DNA from: a virus
Taxonomy: Duplodnaviria > Caudoviricetes
Virus record (IMG/VR): IMGVR_UViG_3300044740_000035
Coordinates: 1 to 53,953 of that record
DNA: 53,953 nucleotides
Strand: one strand, 5' to 3'
Shown here: piece by piece, positions 9,153 through 17,908 of the stretch
Position numbering within the stretch: position 1 is the first letter of the stretch
Layout: each line of letters starts with the position of its first letter
Notes under the pieces: model-generated
The model's database searches: none
Told to the model about the DNA's origin: nothing
The model's input: the letters and a program-made list of their open reading frames with translations, nothing else
Translations under genes and position numbers: made by a program

Positions 9153-9985
9153 CCACCGCCGTCCACGTCGCCGACGTCAACTGCTACAGGCGCGGATGCC
9201 GCCGGGAAGAATGCCGGGCCGCCGACCGCCTCGACCGCAAGCAGGCCGAACTCCGCCGACTCCGCGGCATCTCCGGCCACATCCCCGGGCCCGTCGTCGC
9301 AGCGCACCTCCGCTACATCCTCGACAGCGGACGCACCCGCCTCGACATCGCCGCCGAATCCGGCGTCTCCGACCGCGCCATCCGCTACATCCTCGGCGGG
9401 CAGCCCAAAGTCCAACGCCCCAAAGCGCTCGCCCTCCTCGCCGTCCAGCCCCTCGACGAAGCCGCCCGCCTCGACGCCACCGGCACCAGGCGCCGCGTCC
9501 AGGCCCTCGCCGCCGTCGGCTGGCCCATCGCCTGGACCGCCGAACAAGCAGGCCACGGCGCCGCCTACCTGTTCGCGATCCTCGCCGGCAAGGTCCCCAC
9601 CGTCACCAGCACCACCGCCCGCCGCATCGCCGCCCTCTGCCGCAGCCACGGCACCCGACCCGGACCCTCCGAGTACACGCGAGCCGTCGCCCGCCGCAAC
9701 GGCTGGCACTCCATCGCCGCCTGGGACGACAACATCGACAACCCCTCGGCGACACCCGAACAGTCCGAGCCCTACGAGGCCGCACCGAAGTACGAACGCG
9801 ACCCCGACCGAAAAGCGGAGATCGAACACCTCTACCTGCTCGGCGAATCCATCCCCGCCATGGCCAAGCAACTCGGCAACACCGAGAAGTACATCCGCGA
9901 CCAGCTCGCCGTCATCCTCCGCGAACGCCAGCAGCGCGCCGAACAGGAACGCGCCGCCAAGGCCGGACTGGAGCGTGCGGCGTGA
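9149..9985 (+). CDS. Multi-HTH DNA-binding phage protein
   Basis: CYRRGCRREEC; DIAAESGVSDRAIRYI; C-terminal ESIPAMAKQLGNTEKYI HTH. Confidence 0.7.
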   Translation: MTTAVHVADVNCYRRGCRREECRAADRLDRKQAELRRLRGISGHIPGPVVAAHLRYILDSGRTRLDIAAESGVSDRAIRYILGGQPKVQRPKALALLAVQPLDEAARLDATGTRRRVQALAAVGWPIAWTAEQAGHGAAYLFAILAGKVPTVTSTTARRIAALCRSHGTRPGPSEYTRAVARRNGWHSIAAWDDNIDNPSATPEQSEPYEAAPKYERDPDRKAEIEHLYLLGESIPAMAKQLGNTEKYIRDQLAVILRERQQRAEQERAAKAGLERAA

Positions 9986-11031
9986 TGGTGGATCTGTTCG
10001 CCGGCCCCGGCGGCTGGGACGTGGCCGCGACCGGGCTCGGCCTAGAGGTCGTCGGCATCGAGCTGGACCGTGCCGCATGCGACACCCGCGAAGCCGCCGG
10101 GCTCGGCACCGTTCACGGCGATGTCCGCGACTTCTCCCCGGCCGACTTCCCCGAGGCCACTGACCTGGCCGGGTCTCCGCCTTGCCAGCCGTACTCAGTG
10201 GGCGGCAAAGGCCGCGGCCGGAAGGCGCTCGACACTGTTCTCCACCTGGCTGACCGTCTCGCCGGCCGCCACAGCATCACCGAGGAGCTCCAGGGCCTGG
10301 ACGACGAACGTACCGGCCTGGTGCTGGAGCCGCTCCGCTGGGCGCTGCAGGCGATCGATGCCGGGCGCCCGTACCGGACGGTGATGCTGGAGCAGGTTTC
10401 CACCGTGCTGCCCGTCTGGGAGAAGCTCGCCCAGCTGTTGCGGGCCGAGGGCTACAGCGTGGCCACGGGGCGGCTGTCGTCCGAAGAAAACGGCGTCCCG
10501 CAGACCCGCGTGCGCGCGATCTTCGCCGCAACCCTCGACGGCGAGGCACGGCTGCCCGAGCCGACGCACCGCCGCTACCGCAGGGGTGTCGCCCAGGACG
10601 AGGGCGACCCGCGGCTGCTGCCGTGGCTGTCGATGGCCGACGGCTGCGGCTGGGGCATGACCCACCGGCCCGCGCTCACCGTCGCCGTAGGCACCGCAGC
10701 CGGCGGACCCGACCCGTCCTGCGTCGGCGGCTCCGGCGCCCGCGCCACCCTCTACGGCGAACGCGACGCCGGACGCTGGATCGACTGCACACGCCTGGTA
10801 CCCGCCGACGAGCTGCCCGCCTACCGCGGGGGTCGGCGGGACACCATCCGCCTCTCCGTCGACGACGCCGCCCTCCTTCAGGGCTTCCCCGTCACCCACC
10901 CGTGGCAGGGAAGCCGCACCAAACAGCTGGAGCAGATCGGCAACGCCTTCCCGCCGCCCGTCGCCACCGCCGTCATCCGCACCACCAAGGGCTTCGGCGG
11001 ACAGCAGATGAGCCTGGAGGCAGTGGCATGA
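9985..11031 (+). CDS. DNA (cytosine-5)-methyltransferase
   Basis: DLFAGPGG (I), SPPCQ (IV), LEQV (VI variant), PQTRVR (VIII), LLQGFP (IX), IGNAF (X). Confidence 0.92.
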   Translation: MVDLFAGPGGWDVAATGLGLEVVGIELDRAACDTREAAGLGTVHGDVRDFSPADFPEATDLAGSPPCQPYSVGGKGRGRKALDTVLHLADRLAGRHSITEELQGLDDERTGLVLEPLRWALQAIDAGRPYRTVMLEQVSTVLPVWEKLAQLLRAEGYSVATGRLSSEENGVPQTRVRAIFAATLDGEARLPEPTHRRYRRGVAQDEGDPRLLPWLSMADGCGWGMTHRPALTVAVGTAAGGPDPSCVGGSGARATLYGERDAGRWIDCTRLVPADELPAYRGGRRDTIRLSVDDAALLQGFPVTHPWQGSRTKQLEQIGNAFPPPVATAVIRTTKGFGGQQMSLEAVA

Positions 11032-12551
11032 CCCTCCGAATCGGCTCCCTGTTCACCGGAACCGGCGCCCTCGACCTGGCCGTCATGGACGTCTACGACG
11101 CCGAGGTCGTCTGGCACTCGCAGTACGAGCCGCCGGACAAGAACGGCAAGGAAGACACCAACCAGTACGCCGCCCAAATCCTCAAGCGGCACTGGCCGGA
11201 CGTCCCGAACCTCGGCGACGTCACCAAGGTCGACTGGCACGCCGTCATCGAGGAGCACGGCCCGATCGACATCCTCACCGGCGGTTTCCCCTGCCAGGAC
11301 GTTTCGGCCGCAGGGAAGCGCGCTGGCCTCACACCCGACTCGCGGTCCGGCCTGTGGACCCACATGGCCTACGCAATCTCCATCCTCCAACCCCGATTGG
11401 TGATCATCGAAAATGTCGAAGGGCTCCTCTCGGCGCCGGCTGACCGTGGACTGGAACTCGACGCTGAAGCTCTGGACCAAGAGGCCCGAGCAGGACGGAT
11501 TCTTCGAGCTCTTGGAGCCGTTCTCGGAGACCTGGCCAGCCTCAGGCTCCATGCGGAATGGGCGCGCGTGGGCGCGGACGAGGTCGGCGCTCCCCACCGC
11601 CGACGCCGCATCATCATCTACGCCTGGCCGTCTGCTGCCCACGCCACGGCCGCAGACGAAAGGCGGCTGCTCGGCGGTGGAGAACCCGCCGAACCGGCAA
11701 GGCGGACCGAACCTGGCCACCGCAATTGCCCTGCTGCCGACACCACGAACCTCGGACACGAACGGGATCGGGGAACACGGCACCGGGGGCATGGACCTGC
11801 GGACGGCCATCTCGCTCTTGCCGACACCTCGGGCGCGGGACGGCAAGGGGAAGGGGTACGAGGACCAGCTACCGAACGTGGTGGCGTTGCTCCCGACACC
11901 GATGGTCGGGGACGCGACCGGGACACGGAACGCAACAGCAGGCAGGACGAACCCGGACTCGCAGCACCATCCCGGCTGGACCCTGTCGGACGTGGTGTTC
12001 GCGGGGAAGCTGATGCCGACACCCAGGGCCACGGACGGAACGAAGGGCGGCCCCAACCAGCGCGGCAGCAAGGGAGACTTGATGCTGCCGAGCGTGGCGG
12101 CGCAACTCCTTCCAACGCCACGCGCCACGCGGGGCGGCTCGGCGACGGAGACGATGTACAGCCTCGGGGCGGAGCGGACGGACGAGAGTCGGCCGCAGGG
12201 CGAGGTGCTCCTCCCGACGCCGACCGCCTCGGACAGCGAGAGGACGTCCTCCAGCTACGGCCGGGGCAACCCGACCTTGACTGGGGCGATTACGAACCCG
12301 CCATCCGACGGTGGGAACGAATCCTCGGACGACCCGCCCCCTGGCCCACCGACGCTGTGGGACGACTAAGCCCCGTCTTCACCGAATGGCTCATGGGACT
12401 CCCCGACGGCTGGGTCACCGACACCCCCGGCCTCACCCGGCCCGCCATGCTCCGCGCCCTCGGCAACGGAGTCGTCTGGCAGCAAGCCGCCGCCGCCATC
12501 CGCCTGCTCCACCAGCGAGCCGCAGTCGACGACGAACCGGCCGCCGCGTGA
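11028..12551 (+). CDS. DNA (cytosine-5)-methyltransferase, alpha frame of a dual-coded gene
   Basis: SLFTGTG, GGFPCQD, IENV, PHRRRR, EWLMGLP, LGNGV; middle region low-complexity in this frame. Confidence 0.88.
   Translation: MTLRIGSLFTGTGALDLAVMDVYDAEVVWHSQYEPPDKNGKEDTNQYAAQILKRHWPDVPNLGDVTKVDWHAVIEEHGPIDILTGGFPCQDVSAAGKRAGLTPDSRSGLWTHMAYAISILQPRLVIIENVEGLLSAPADRGLELDAEALDQEARAGRILRALGAVLGDLASLRLHAEWARVGADEVGAPHRRRRIIIYAWPSAAHATAADERRLLGGGEPAEPARRTEPGHRNCPAADTTNLGHERDRGTRHRGHGPADGHLALADTSGAGRQGEGVRGPATERGGVAPDTDGRGRDRDTERNSRQDEPGLAAPSRLDPVGRGVRGEADADTQGHGRNEGRPQPARQQGRLDAAERGGATPSNATRHAGRLGDGDDVQPRGGADGRESAAGRGAPPDADRLGQREDVLQLRPGQPDLDWGDYEPAIRRWERILGRPAPWPTDAVGRLSPVFTEWLMGLPDGWVTDTPGLTRPAMLRALGNGVVWQQAAAAIRLLHQRAAVDDEPAAA
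11413..12369 (+). CDS. Nested alternative-frame methyltransferase beta-like subunit with 7 L(L/M)PTP repeats
   Basis: 318-aa ORF wholly within the MTase gene; FSETWPASGSMRNG lead; repeats at 11632, 11731, 11815, 11887, 12010, 12106, 12208; high GC3 in this frame. Confidence 0.75.
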   Translation: MSKGSSRRRLTVDWNSTLKLWTKRPEQDGFFELLEPFSETWPASGSMRNGRAWARTRSALPTADAASSSTPGRLLPTPRPQTKGGCSAVENPPNRQGGPNLATAIALLPTPRTSDTNGIGEHGTGGMDLRTAISLLPTPRARDGKGKGYEDQLPNVVALLPTPMVGDATGTRNATAGRTNPDSQHHPGWTLSDVVFAGKLMPTPRATDGTKGGPNQRGSKGDLMLPSVAAQLLPTPRATRGGSATETMYSLGAERTDESRPQGEVLLPTPTASDSERTSSSYGRGNPTLTGAITNPPSDGGNESSDDPPPGPPTLWDD

Positions 12552-12645
12552 CCGCCGCGGCCCGCCGGCCGCACACGCCCTAAACCCGGCAGACACACAA
12601 CAGCCCCGCGCCAAGGCGCGGGGCGGGAGGAAGGAGGAGGAGATG

Positions 12646-12966
12646 TCAGTCGTCGACGGCCAGTGCGGCGGAATGCAGTGCTTCGCGGATGACGCGCGAC
12701 TTGCCCTCGTCGTGGGCCGACGCGCCGCCTCCGGGGTCGGTGCGGCGGTGCAGCTCGTCGATGATCGCCCGGTCGCGGAGGGCCTGCTTGTAGAACTCGG
12801 GCGTCACCAGGTACGCCGTGCGCTCCCCGCGTTCCTTGAAGGCGCCGGTCTTCTTGCCCCAGGCGACCTCGCGGATGAGCGCGGTCAGGGCGGCACGCGC
12901 GTCGGTCATGTTCACCTCGGCGACGCCGTCTTCGGCGGCGATCTTGATGCGCTGGTCGGCAGGCAT
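12646..12966 (-). CDS. Phd/YefM-like antitoxin or regulator (orphan)
   Basis: EVNMTDARAALTALIREV...ERGERTAYLVT; TACACT-N6-ATG leaderless start (alternative start 12984). Confidence 0.65.
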   Translation of the reverse strand: MPADQRIKIAAEDGVAEVNMTDARAALTALIREVAWGKKTGAFKERGERTAYLVTPEFYKQALRDRAIIDELHRRTDPGGGASAHDEGKSRVIREALHSAALAVDD

Positions 12967-12987
12967 GAACAGAGTGTAAGTCATGGT

Positions 12988-13023
12988 CAATCTCTCCAAT
13001 CTGGCCAATCTTTAAAGTACCAT
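12988..13023. promoter_or_regulatory. Operator-like CAATCT direct repeats in a divergent promoter
   Basis: CAATCT at 12988, 12997, 13006 (9-bp period) followed by -10-like TACCAT 13018-13023. Confidence 0.5.
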
Positions 13024-13088
13024 GGCAGGGCTAGGTGTCACGCACCAGAGCGCTTCTTTCCCATGCCGCCCACTCGGGGGACACAGCC

Positions 13089-13676
13089 GTGAACGACAAC
13101 TACGCGGAGCTTCCGGACGACCTCGCAAAGTCCATCGCGTCCACGCTCCAGCACATCCGCCTGATCCAGGAGAAAGAGGCTCGCCTCGCCGACGCACGCC
13201 GCAGCGCGCTCGAGCAGACCCTCCACCGGATCGCAACCGACTACCGCACCGGCCACATCACGCACCACCAGCTCTGCACCGCATTCACCGAGATACGGGA
13301 CCTGCAGATGTCCGGCCGCATGAGCGCCTGGGACGACATCGTCGGCATCTCACACCGGCGACTCATCCAACTGGCCAAACAGATGCCTAACGGCCCCGAA
13401 GGCAGCTGGGTGGGGGAGTACCCCATTCCGCTGGACGCGCCGAGGCCGATCTACGGCGTCCCCGTGGTCTACGTCCTGTTCGACGACGCCAATGAGCCCT
13501 GCTACGTCGGCTCGACGGACAAGTTCAGCCCCCGCATGACCGCCCACGAGAAGAGCGGCAAGCGGTTCGTCCGCTGGCAGGCCCACCCCTGCGACGACCG
13601 CGAGCACGCCTACCGCCTCGAGGACCGGCTCCTCAAACGCCACAAGCCCTACCTGAACCGGAAGGCCAGCCGGTGA
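13089..13676 (+). CDS. GIY-YIG nuclease domain protein
   Basis: C-terminal VVYVLFD..CYVGST...RM.AH...E..L.K.HKPYLN. Confidence 0.75.
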   Translation: MNDNYAELPDDLAKSIASTLQHIRLIQEKEARLADARRSALEQTLHRIATDYRTGHITHHQLCTAFTEIRDLQMSGRMSAWDDIVGISHRRLIQLAKQMPNGPEGSWVGEYPIPLDAPRPIYGVPVVYVLFDDANEPCYVGSTDKFSPRMTAHEKSGKRFVRWQAHPCDDREHAYRLEDRLLKRHKPYLNRKASR

Positions 13677-13735
13677 CAGGCCAGCCGGCGATCCCTACCC
13701 GGTCCCACTAGCCAGCACAACGAGAGAAGCCTCTT

Positions 13736-14710
13736 ATGCCATGGGTCAAGCTCGACGACCGCTTCCCTTCCCACCGGAAGGTCGCGCTGTTGTCCGATCG
13801 AGCGTTCCGGCTGCACGTGTCGGCGATCTGCTGGTGCGCTGAGAACCTCACCGACGGCCGGATCAGCGACCGCGAACTGGCGCTCGTGGCCCACATCCGT
13901 GGCATCAAGGCGACCGCCAAGCAGCTGGAGGAGGCTGGCGTCTGGGACCGGACCGACGAAGGCTGGATGATCCACGACTACCTCGACTACAACCCCTCTC
14001 GCGACCAGGTCCTCGCCGAGCGGAAGAAGAACGCCGAACGGCAGGAGAGGTTCCGTCGCCGGAAGAAAGGCAAGCCGACCCCACCGGGCGGCTCGGACGC
14101 CCCATCACGTAACGGCGTGAATAACGGCGTTACGCGAACCACAGGAACCCACGACGGCAACACGAACGCAGCACGACGGCGACACGACGGCGACACGACG
14201 GAGCCTCGAACGAGTGCCGTTTCAGACTCCGAACCGCAGGTCAGCGAGATCCGTAACGGCGTTACTAACGGCGCCCCGGCCCGGCCCGTCCCGTCAGTAG
14301 GTACTGACGTACCTACTGCTGCTAGCTGGGCCGAGCGGAAGAACGGGTTCCCCGACGACCTCCAGCCCCTCGCCAAAGCACTCGCAGCAGCCGGACTCGG
14401 AGCAGTCGCCTGGGACATCAAGAAGTTCACCGATTGGCAGCGGATCCGCAATCAGGTCGAACGGCTCGGCATCGACCTCATGGTCCGCTCCGCTGTGAAC
14501 GCAGCCCAGCTCCGCGGCGAGCCGGACAGCGTCACCGCTTGGATCGGCCGCTGGGAATCGCTTCAGCCCGAACCCGAGCAGCAGCCCGGCCGCCCGCAGC
14601 TCCGCGCCGTCTCCGGCGGTTGGACCGCCCCGAACCGCCCGCACCCCGCAACCGGTGCCGCTGCGCCTGTACCGACCGCCGACGACTACAAGAACGCGAG
14701 GCCCTTCTGA
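13736..14710 (+). CDS. Phage replication initiator (replisome organizer)
   Basis: MPWVKLDDRFPSHRKV N-terminus, IHDYLDYN, RQERFR; directly upstream of loader and helicase; internal repeats. Confidence 0.8.
   Translation: MPWVKLDDRFPSHRKVALLSDRAFRLHVSAICWCAENLTDGRISDRELALVAHIRGIKATAKQLEEAGVWDRTDEGWMIHDYLDYNPSRDQVLAERKKNAERQERFRRRKKGKPTPPGGSDAPSRNGVNNGVTRTTGTHDGNTNAARRRHDGDTTEPRTSAVSDSEPQVSEIRNGVTNGAPARPVPSVGTDVPTAASWAERKNGFPDDLQPLAKALAAAGLGAVAWDIKKFTDWQRIRNQVERLGIDLMVRSAVNAAQLRGEPDSVTAWIGRWESLQPEPEQQPGRPQLRAVSGGWTAPNRPHPATGAAAPVPTADDYKNARPF
14110..14318. repeat. Putative replication origin iterons inside the initiator gene
   Basis: TAACGGCG x4 (14110, 14122, 14254, 14266); CACGACGG at 11-bp period (14150, 14172, 14183, 14194; variant 14161); hairpin CAGTAGGTAC-tgac-GTACCTACTG 14295-14318. 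Confidence 0.6.
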
Positions 14711-15294
14711 TGACGTCCGCCGAAGACCGGCGTGCCCGGCACGATGCCGCCCAGGCTGCGGCGCGCGCTGAGATCCGAGCCCAGACCCTCGACCGCTACC
14801 TCGACCGCCGCCCGAAGGCGTTCGACGAGGACGGCCCTATTCGGCCCGAGGTCGAGAAGTGGGTGAGTGGCTTCCTCGACGGCTCGCACGCCTCGCTGCT
14901 GCTGCTGGGGGAGCCGGGCACCGGGAAGACCTGGCACCTGTGGAAGGTCGGCGAACTGCTGATCCGTCGCGGCTGGTTCGGCCGCTACTACCTGGTCTCC
15001 GACTTCGAGTTCAAGGCTGCCGCGGACCGTCCCGTCAATCACGAGCGGCTGCAGACGTGGGCTGAGGCGCCGCTGCTGGCCCTGGACGACTTGGGCGCGA
15101 CCCAGCTGTACCCGTGGACGGTCGACGCGATCGCCCAACTCATCGATGCCCGCTGGCAGAACCAGCTTCCGACGCTGATCTCCACCAACTTGCCGACGCT
15201 CGAGCCGCTCGGCCCGCGCACGCAGTCCCGTTTCGCCGACGGCGGATCCACGTTCGCCGCGTTCACCGGCACCGACTTCAGGAAGGCTTCATGA
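14710..15294 (+). CDS. DnaC/IstB-like ATPase (helicase loader)
   Basis: GEPGTGKT Walker A, LALDDLG Walker B, PTLISTN. Confidence 0.88.
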   Translation: MTSAEDRRARHDAAQAAARAEIRAQTLDRYLDRRPKAFDEDGPIRPEVEKWVSGFLDGSHASLLLLGEPGTGKTWHLWKVGELLIRRGWFGRYYLVSDFEFKAAADRPVNHERLQTWAEAPLLALDDLGATQLYPWTVDAIAQLIDARWQNQLPTLISTNLPTLEPLGPRTQSRFADGGSTFAAFTGTDFRKAS

Positions 15295-16667
15295 CCCACG
15301 ACTACGAGCCCCCCGCCGACGACTTTTCCGACGGCGCCTCGGGCCCGAAGCCGCCGCCGTTCGACGTGGCCGCGGAGAAGGCCGTCCTCGGCGCGATGAT
15401 TTTGTCCAGCCGGGCCATCGAGGAAGTCGTCGAGATCCTCGAGCCCGCCGACTTCTACCGGCCTGCCCACGAGACGATCTACCGGACCCTCGTCGACCTG
15501 CACAACGCGAGCGAGGCCCACGACCAGATCGCCCTCGGCAACCGGCTCGAGAAGGACGGCGAGCTGACCCGCTGCGGCGGACACGGGTACCCGTTCGAGC
15601 TCGTGCAGTCGGTCATGACCGTCGCCCACGCCGAAGAGCACGCGAGGATCGTCCGCGAGAAGGCCGTCCTGCGGAAGGTCCTCGAGGCCGCCAACGGCAT
15701 GACCCACAGCGTCCACGACCGGCAGCGCACACCCGACGAGATCGTCCAGGACGCCTACGACACCCTCGAAGGGCTCGCCGGCCTCACCGACAGCGGGGAC
15801 GAGGACCTGTCGATCGGCGTCGACATCATGGACACCGTCGCCGAGGTCGTCGACATCCGAGAGAACGGCCCCAAGCTCGGCCTCCTCACCGGCTTCATGG
15901 ACCTCGACGCCCTCACCGGCGGCCTGCAGCCCGGCCAGTTCATTCTCATCGCCGCCCGTCCGGCGATGGGCAAGTCGGTGCTGGCTGGGGACGTCGCCCG
16001 CTACACGGCGATCCGCAACGACGTGCCGACGGTGTTCTTCTCCCTCGAGATGGGCCGCAAGGAGCTCGAGAAGCGGTTCCTGTCCGCGCAGGCCACCTAC
16101 CCGCTGCACTGGATGAAAGCCAAGGGCCCCGTCGACGACGGCAAGGTCCTGAAGCTCATCGAGGCGGGCAAGGACATGCAGTCCTCGCCGCTGTTCATCG
16201 TCGCCGACACCGGCATCACCCTGGCGAAGATCCGATCCCACTGCCGCCGCGTACAGCGCCAGCACGGCCTCGGCCTCGTCGTCATCGACTACCTGCAGCT
16301 GATGAACGGCGAATCCGCCGGCCGCAACGACAACCGGCAGCAGGAAGTCTCACGGATCAGCCGCGGCCTCAAGACCCTCGCCATGGACCTGCAAGTCCCC
16401 GTCATCGCGCTGTCGCAGCTCAATCGCGGGCCGGAGCAGCGGCAGGACAAGAAGCCGATGGTGTCCGACCTGCGCGAGTCCGGATCCCTCGAGCAGGACG
16501 CCGACATCGTGATCCTCCTGCACCGCGAGGACGCCTACGAGAAGGACTCCCCGCGCGCCGGCGAGGCCGACCTGATCGTCGCCAAGCACCGCAACGGGCC
16601 CACCGCCACGATCACCGTCGCCTTCCAAGGCCACTACGCCCGATTCGTCGACATGGCCCAGACCTGA
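15291..16667 (+). CDS. dnaB: Replicative DNA helicase
   Basis: AARPAMGKS, FSLEM, VIDYLQLM, LSQLNR, DLRESGSLEQDAD, KHRNGPT. Confidence 0.97.
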   Translation: MTHDYEPPADDFSDGASGPKPPPFDVAAEKAVLGAMILSSRAIEEVVEILEPADFYRPAHETIYRTLVDLHNASEAHDQIALGNRLEKDGELTRCGGHGYPFELVQSVMTVAHAEEHARIVREKAVLRKVLEAANGMTHSVHDRQRTPDEIVQDAYDTLEGLAGLTDSGDEDLSIGVDIMDTVAEVVDIRENGPKLGLLTGFMDLDALTGGLQPGQFILIAARPAMGKSVLAGDVARYTAIRNDVPTVFFSLEMGRKELEKRFLSAQATYPLHWMKAKGPVDDGKVLKLIEAGKDMQSSPLFIVADTGITLAKIRSHCRRVQRQHGLGLVVIDYLQLMNGESAGRNDNRQQEVSRISRGLKTLAMDLQVPVIALSQLNRGPEQRQDKKPMVSDLRESGSLEQDADIVILLHREDAYEKDSPRAGEADLIVAKHRNGPTATITVAFQGHYARFVDMAQT

Positions 16668-16684
16668 CCGAAAGGAGAACCACC

Positions 16685-17001
16685 GTGCACTACCTCGACA
16701 CCTGCGACCGCTGCCTCACCGCCGACAGTCCCGCCATACCACCCGTGGCTATCACGCCCAGCGGCCCGGGATCCGTCCTCGCCACCTACCACTGCCCCCG
16801 GTGCGGCGCCTCCTGGACCTGCGGATGGGCCGTCCAGGACGACGATCTCACCGCCGCCTGGGCGTCCCCGCCGCCCGCCCGCCCTCCCGCCGCACCATCC
16901 GCCGGGCCACGACCAGCCGCAGCGACACGGCGGGCGAGCAGATCGACGGGCAGACCGAGATCGACCTGCACTACCACCAGCCCACCTTGGAGAGCCTCTG
17001 A
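16685..17001 (+). pseudogene. Zinc-ribbon ORF lacking a local stop, abutting a start-less gene fragment (probable deletion scar or frameshift)
   Basis: RBS aaggag then CxxC..CxxC domain ending DDDLTAA-TGG; coding bias switches frame near 16860 to ...QIDGQTEIDLHYHQPTLESL*, which is coupled to 17001. Confidence 0.45.
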
Positions 17002-17372
17002 TGACCACTCCCGTGATCTGCCGCCCGCCGTCGTTCCCGATCCGCCGGATCCTCGCCTGCCCGACCTGCAAGCAGCGCCGCCGCATGGCCGGACGCGACT
17101 TCGGCCCGTACTACGGCCCGACCGTCACCTGCCTCGGCTGCGGCGACTCCTGGTCGTCCGGCGAAATGCTCGAGCGGCCGTTCAAGCGCGGCTGGCGCAA
17201 GGAGTCGATCGCCACCGCCAAGCGGGCCTGGGAGGAAGCCGGTCGGTATACGCGCGCCGAGTACGAGGCGTGGCTGGCCGCCGAACTCGCCGCCGTCACG
17301 GCCGACTACGGCACCACCGCCGAAGACGGGCGCCCAGTCGACGACCTGCCGCTGCCCGACAACGCCGCCTGA
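17001..17372 (+). CDS. Zinc-ribbon hypothetical protein
   Basis: CPTC...CLGC; TGATG coupling. Confidence 0.7.
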   Translation: MTTPVICRPPSFPIRRILACPTCKQRRRMAGRDFGPYYGPTVTCLGCGDSWSSGEMLERPFKRGWRKESIATAKRAWEEAGRYTRAEYEAWLAAELAAVTADYGTTAEDGRPVDDLPLPDNAA

Positions 17373-17447
17373 CCACCCGCCCGGCCCGTCCGGGCTTGCC
17401 TCCGGCTGCACCAGCCGCCGGAACACCACCCAGCGAAGGAGAACCCG

Positions 17448-17819
17448 ATGAACAGCACCGATCCGCGCGCCCGCCGACTCGCCGAGCACCGGCAGCGCAT
17501 CGCCCACGAAGGCATCAGCTACCTGCCCGCCTGGGACGACCTGACCGCCGAGCAGCGAGAGCAGTCCATCCGCGAGGCCAGCAACTGGCTGCGGGCCGCC
17601 GTCGAGGGCGGGATCGCGCCGCTCGCCGAACGGCCCACCGACAAGCACGACGCCGTGTGGCTCGACAACTACGGCCAGCTGTGGGGCGAGTACCAGACCA
17701 GCCCGCCCTCCTACGGCGACGCGATCCTCCGCCTCGTCTGGGAGTCCGAGGTGTGCAGCTCCAAGCAGGAGCTCGAAGACCGCGGCGTCGAGTTCCGCCT
17801 CATCGGCTGGAGCGAGTAG
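17448..17819 (+). CDS. Hypothetical phage protein
   Basis: RBS aaggag; high GC3. Confidence 0.72.
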   Translation: MNSTDPRARRLAEHRQRIAHEGISYLPAWDDLTAEQREQSIREASNWLRAAVEGGIAPLAERPTDKHDAVWLDNYGQLWGEYQTSPPSYGDAILRLVWESEVCSSKQELEDRGVEFRLIGWSE

Positions 17820-17908
17820 CCCGCCCTGTGACCTGCCACGGCACGAGATTCGCCACGCATCGGGCGAACCGCCCAAACCACCGAACACGACCACCGAAAG
17901 GGACCACC

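Noticed and set aside
11632-12290. Diversity-generating retroelement or CRISPR-like array in the MTase repeats
   Set aside because: No reverse transcriptase in the window; similarity is at protein-motif level, not a TR/VR pair differing at adenines.
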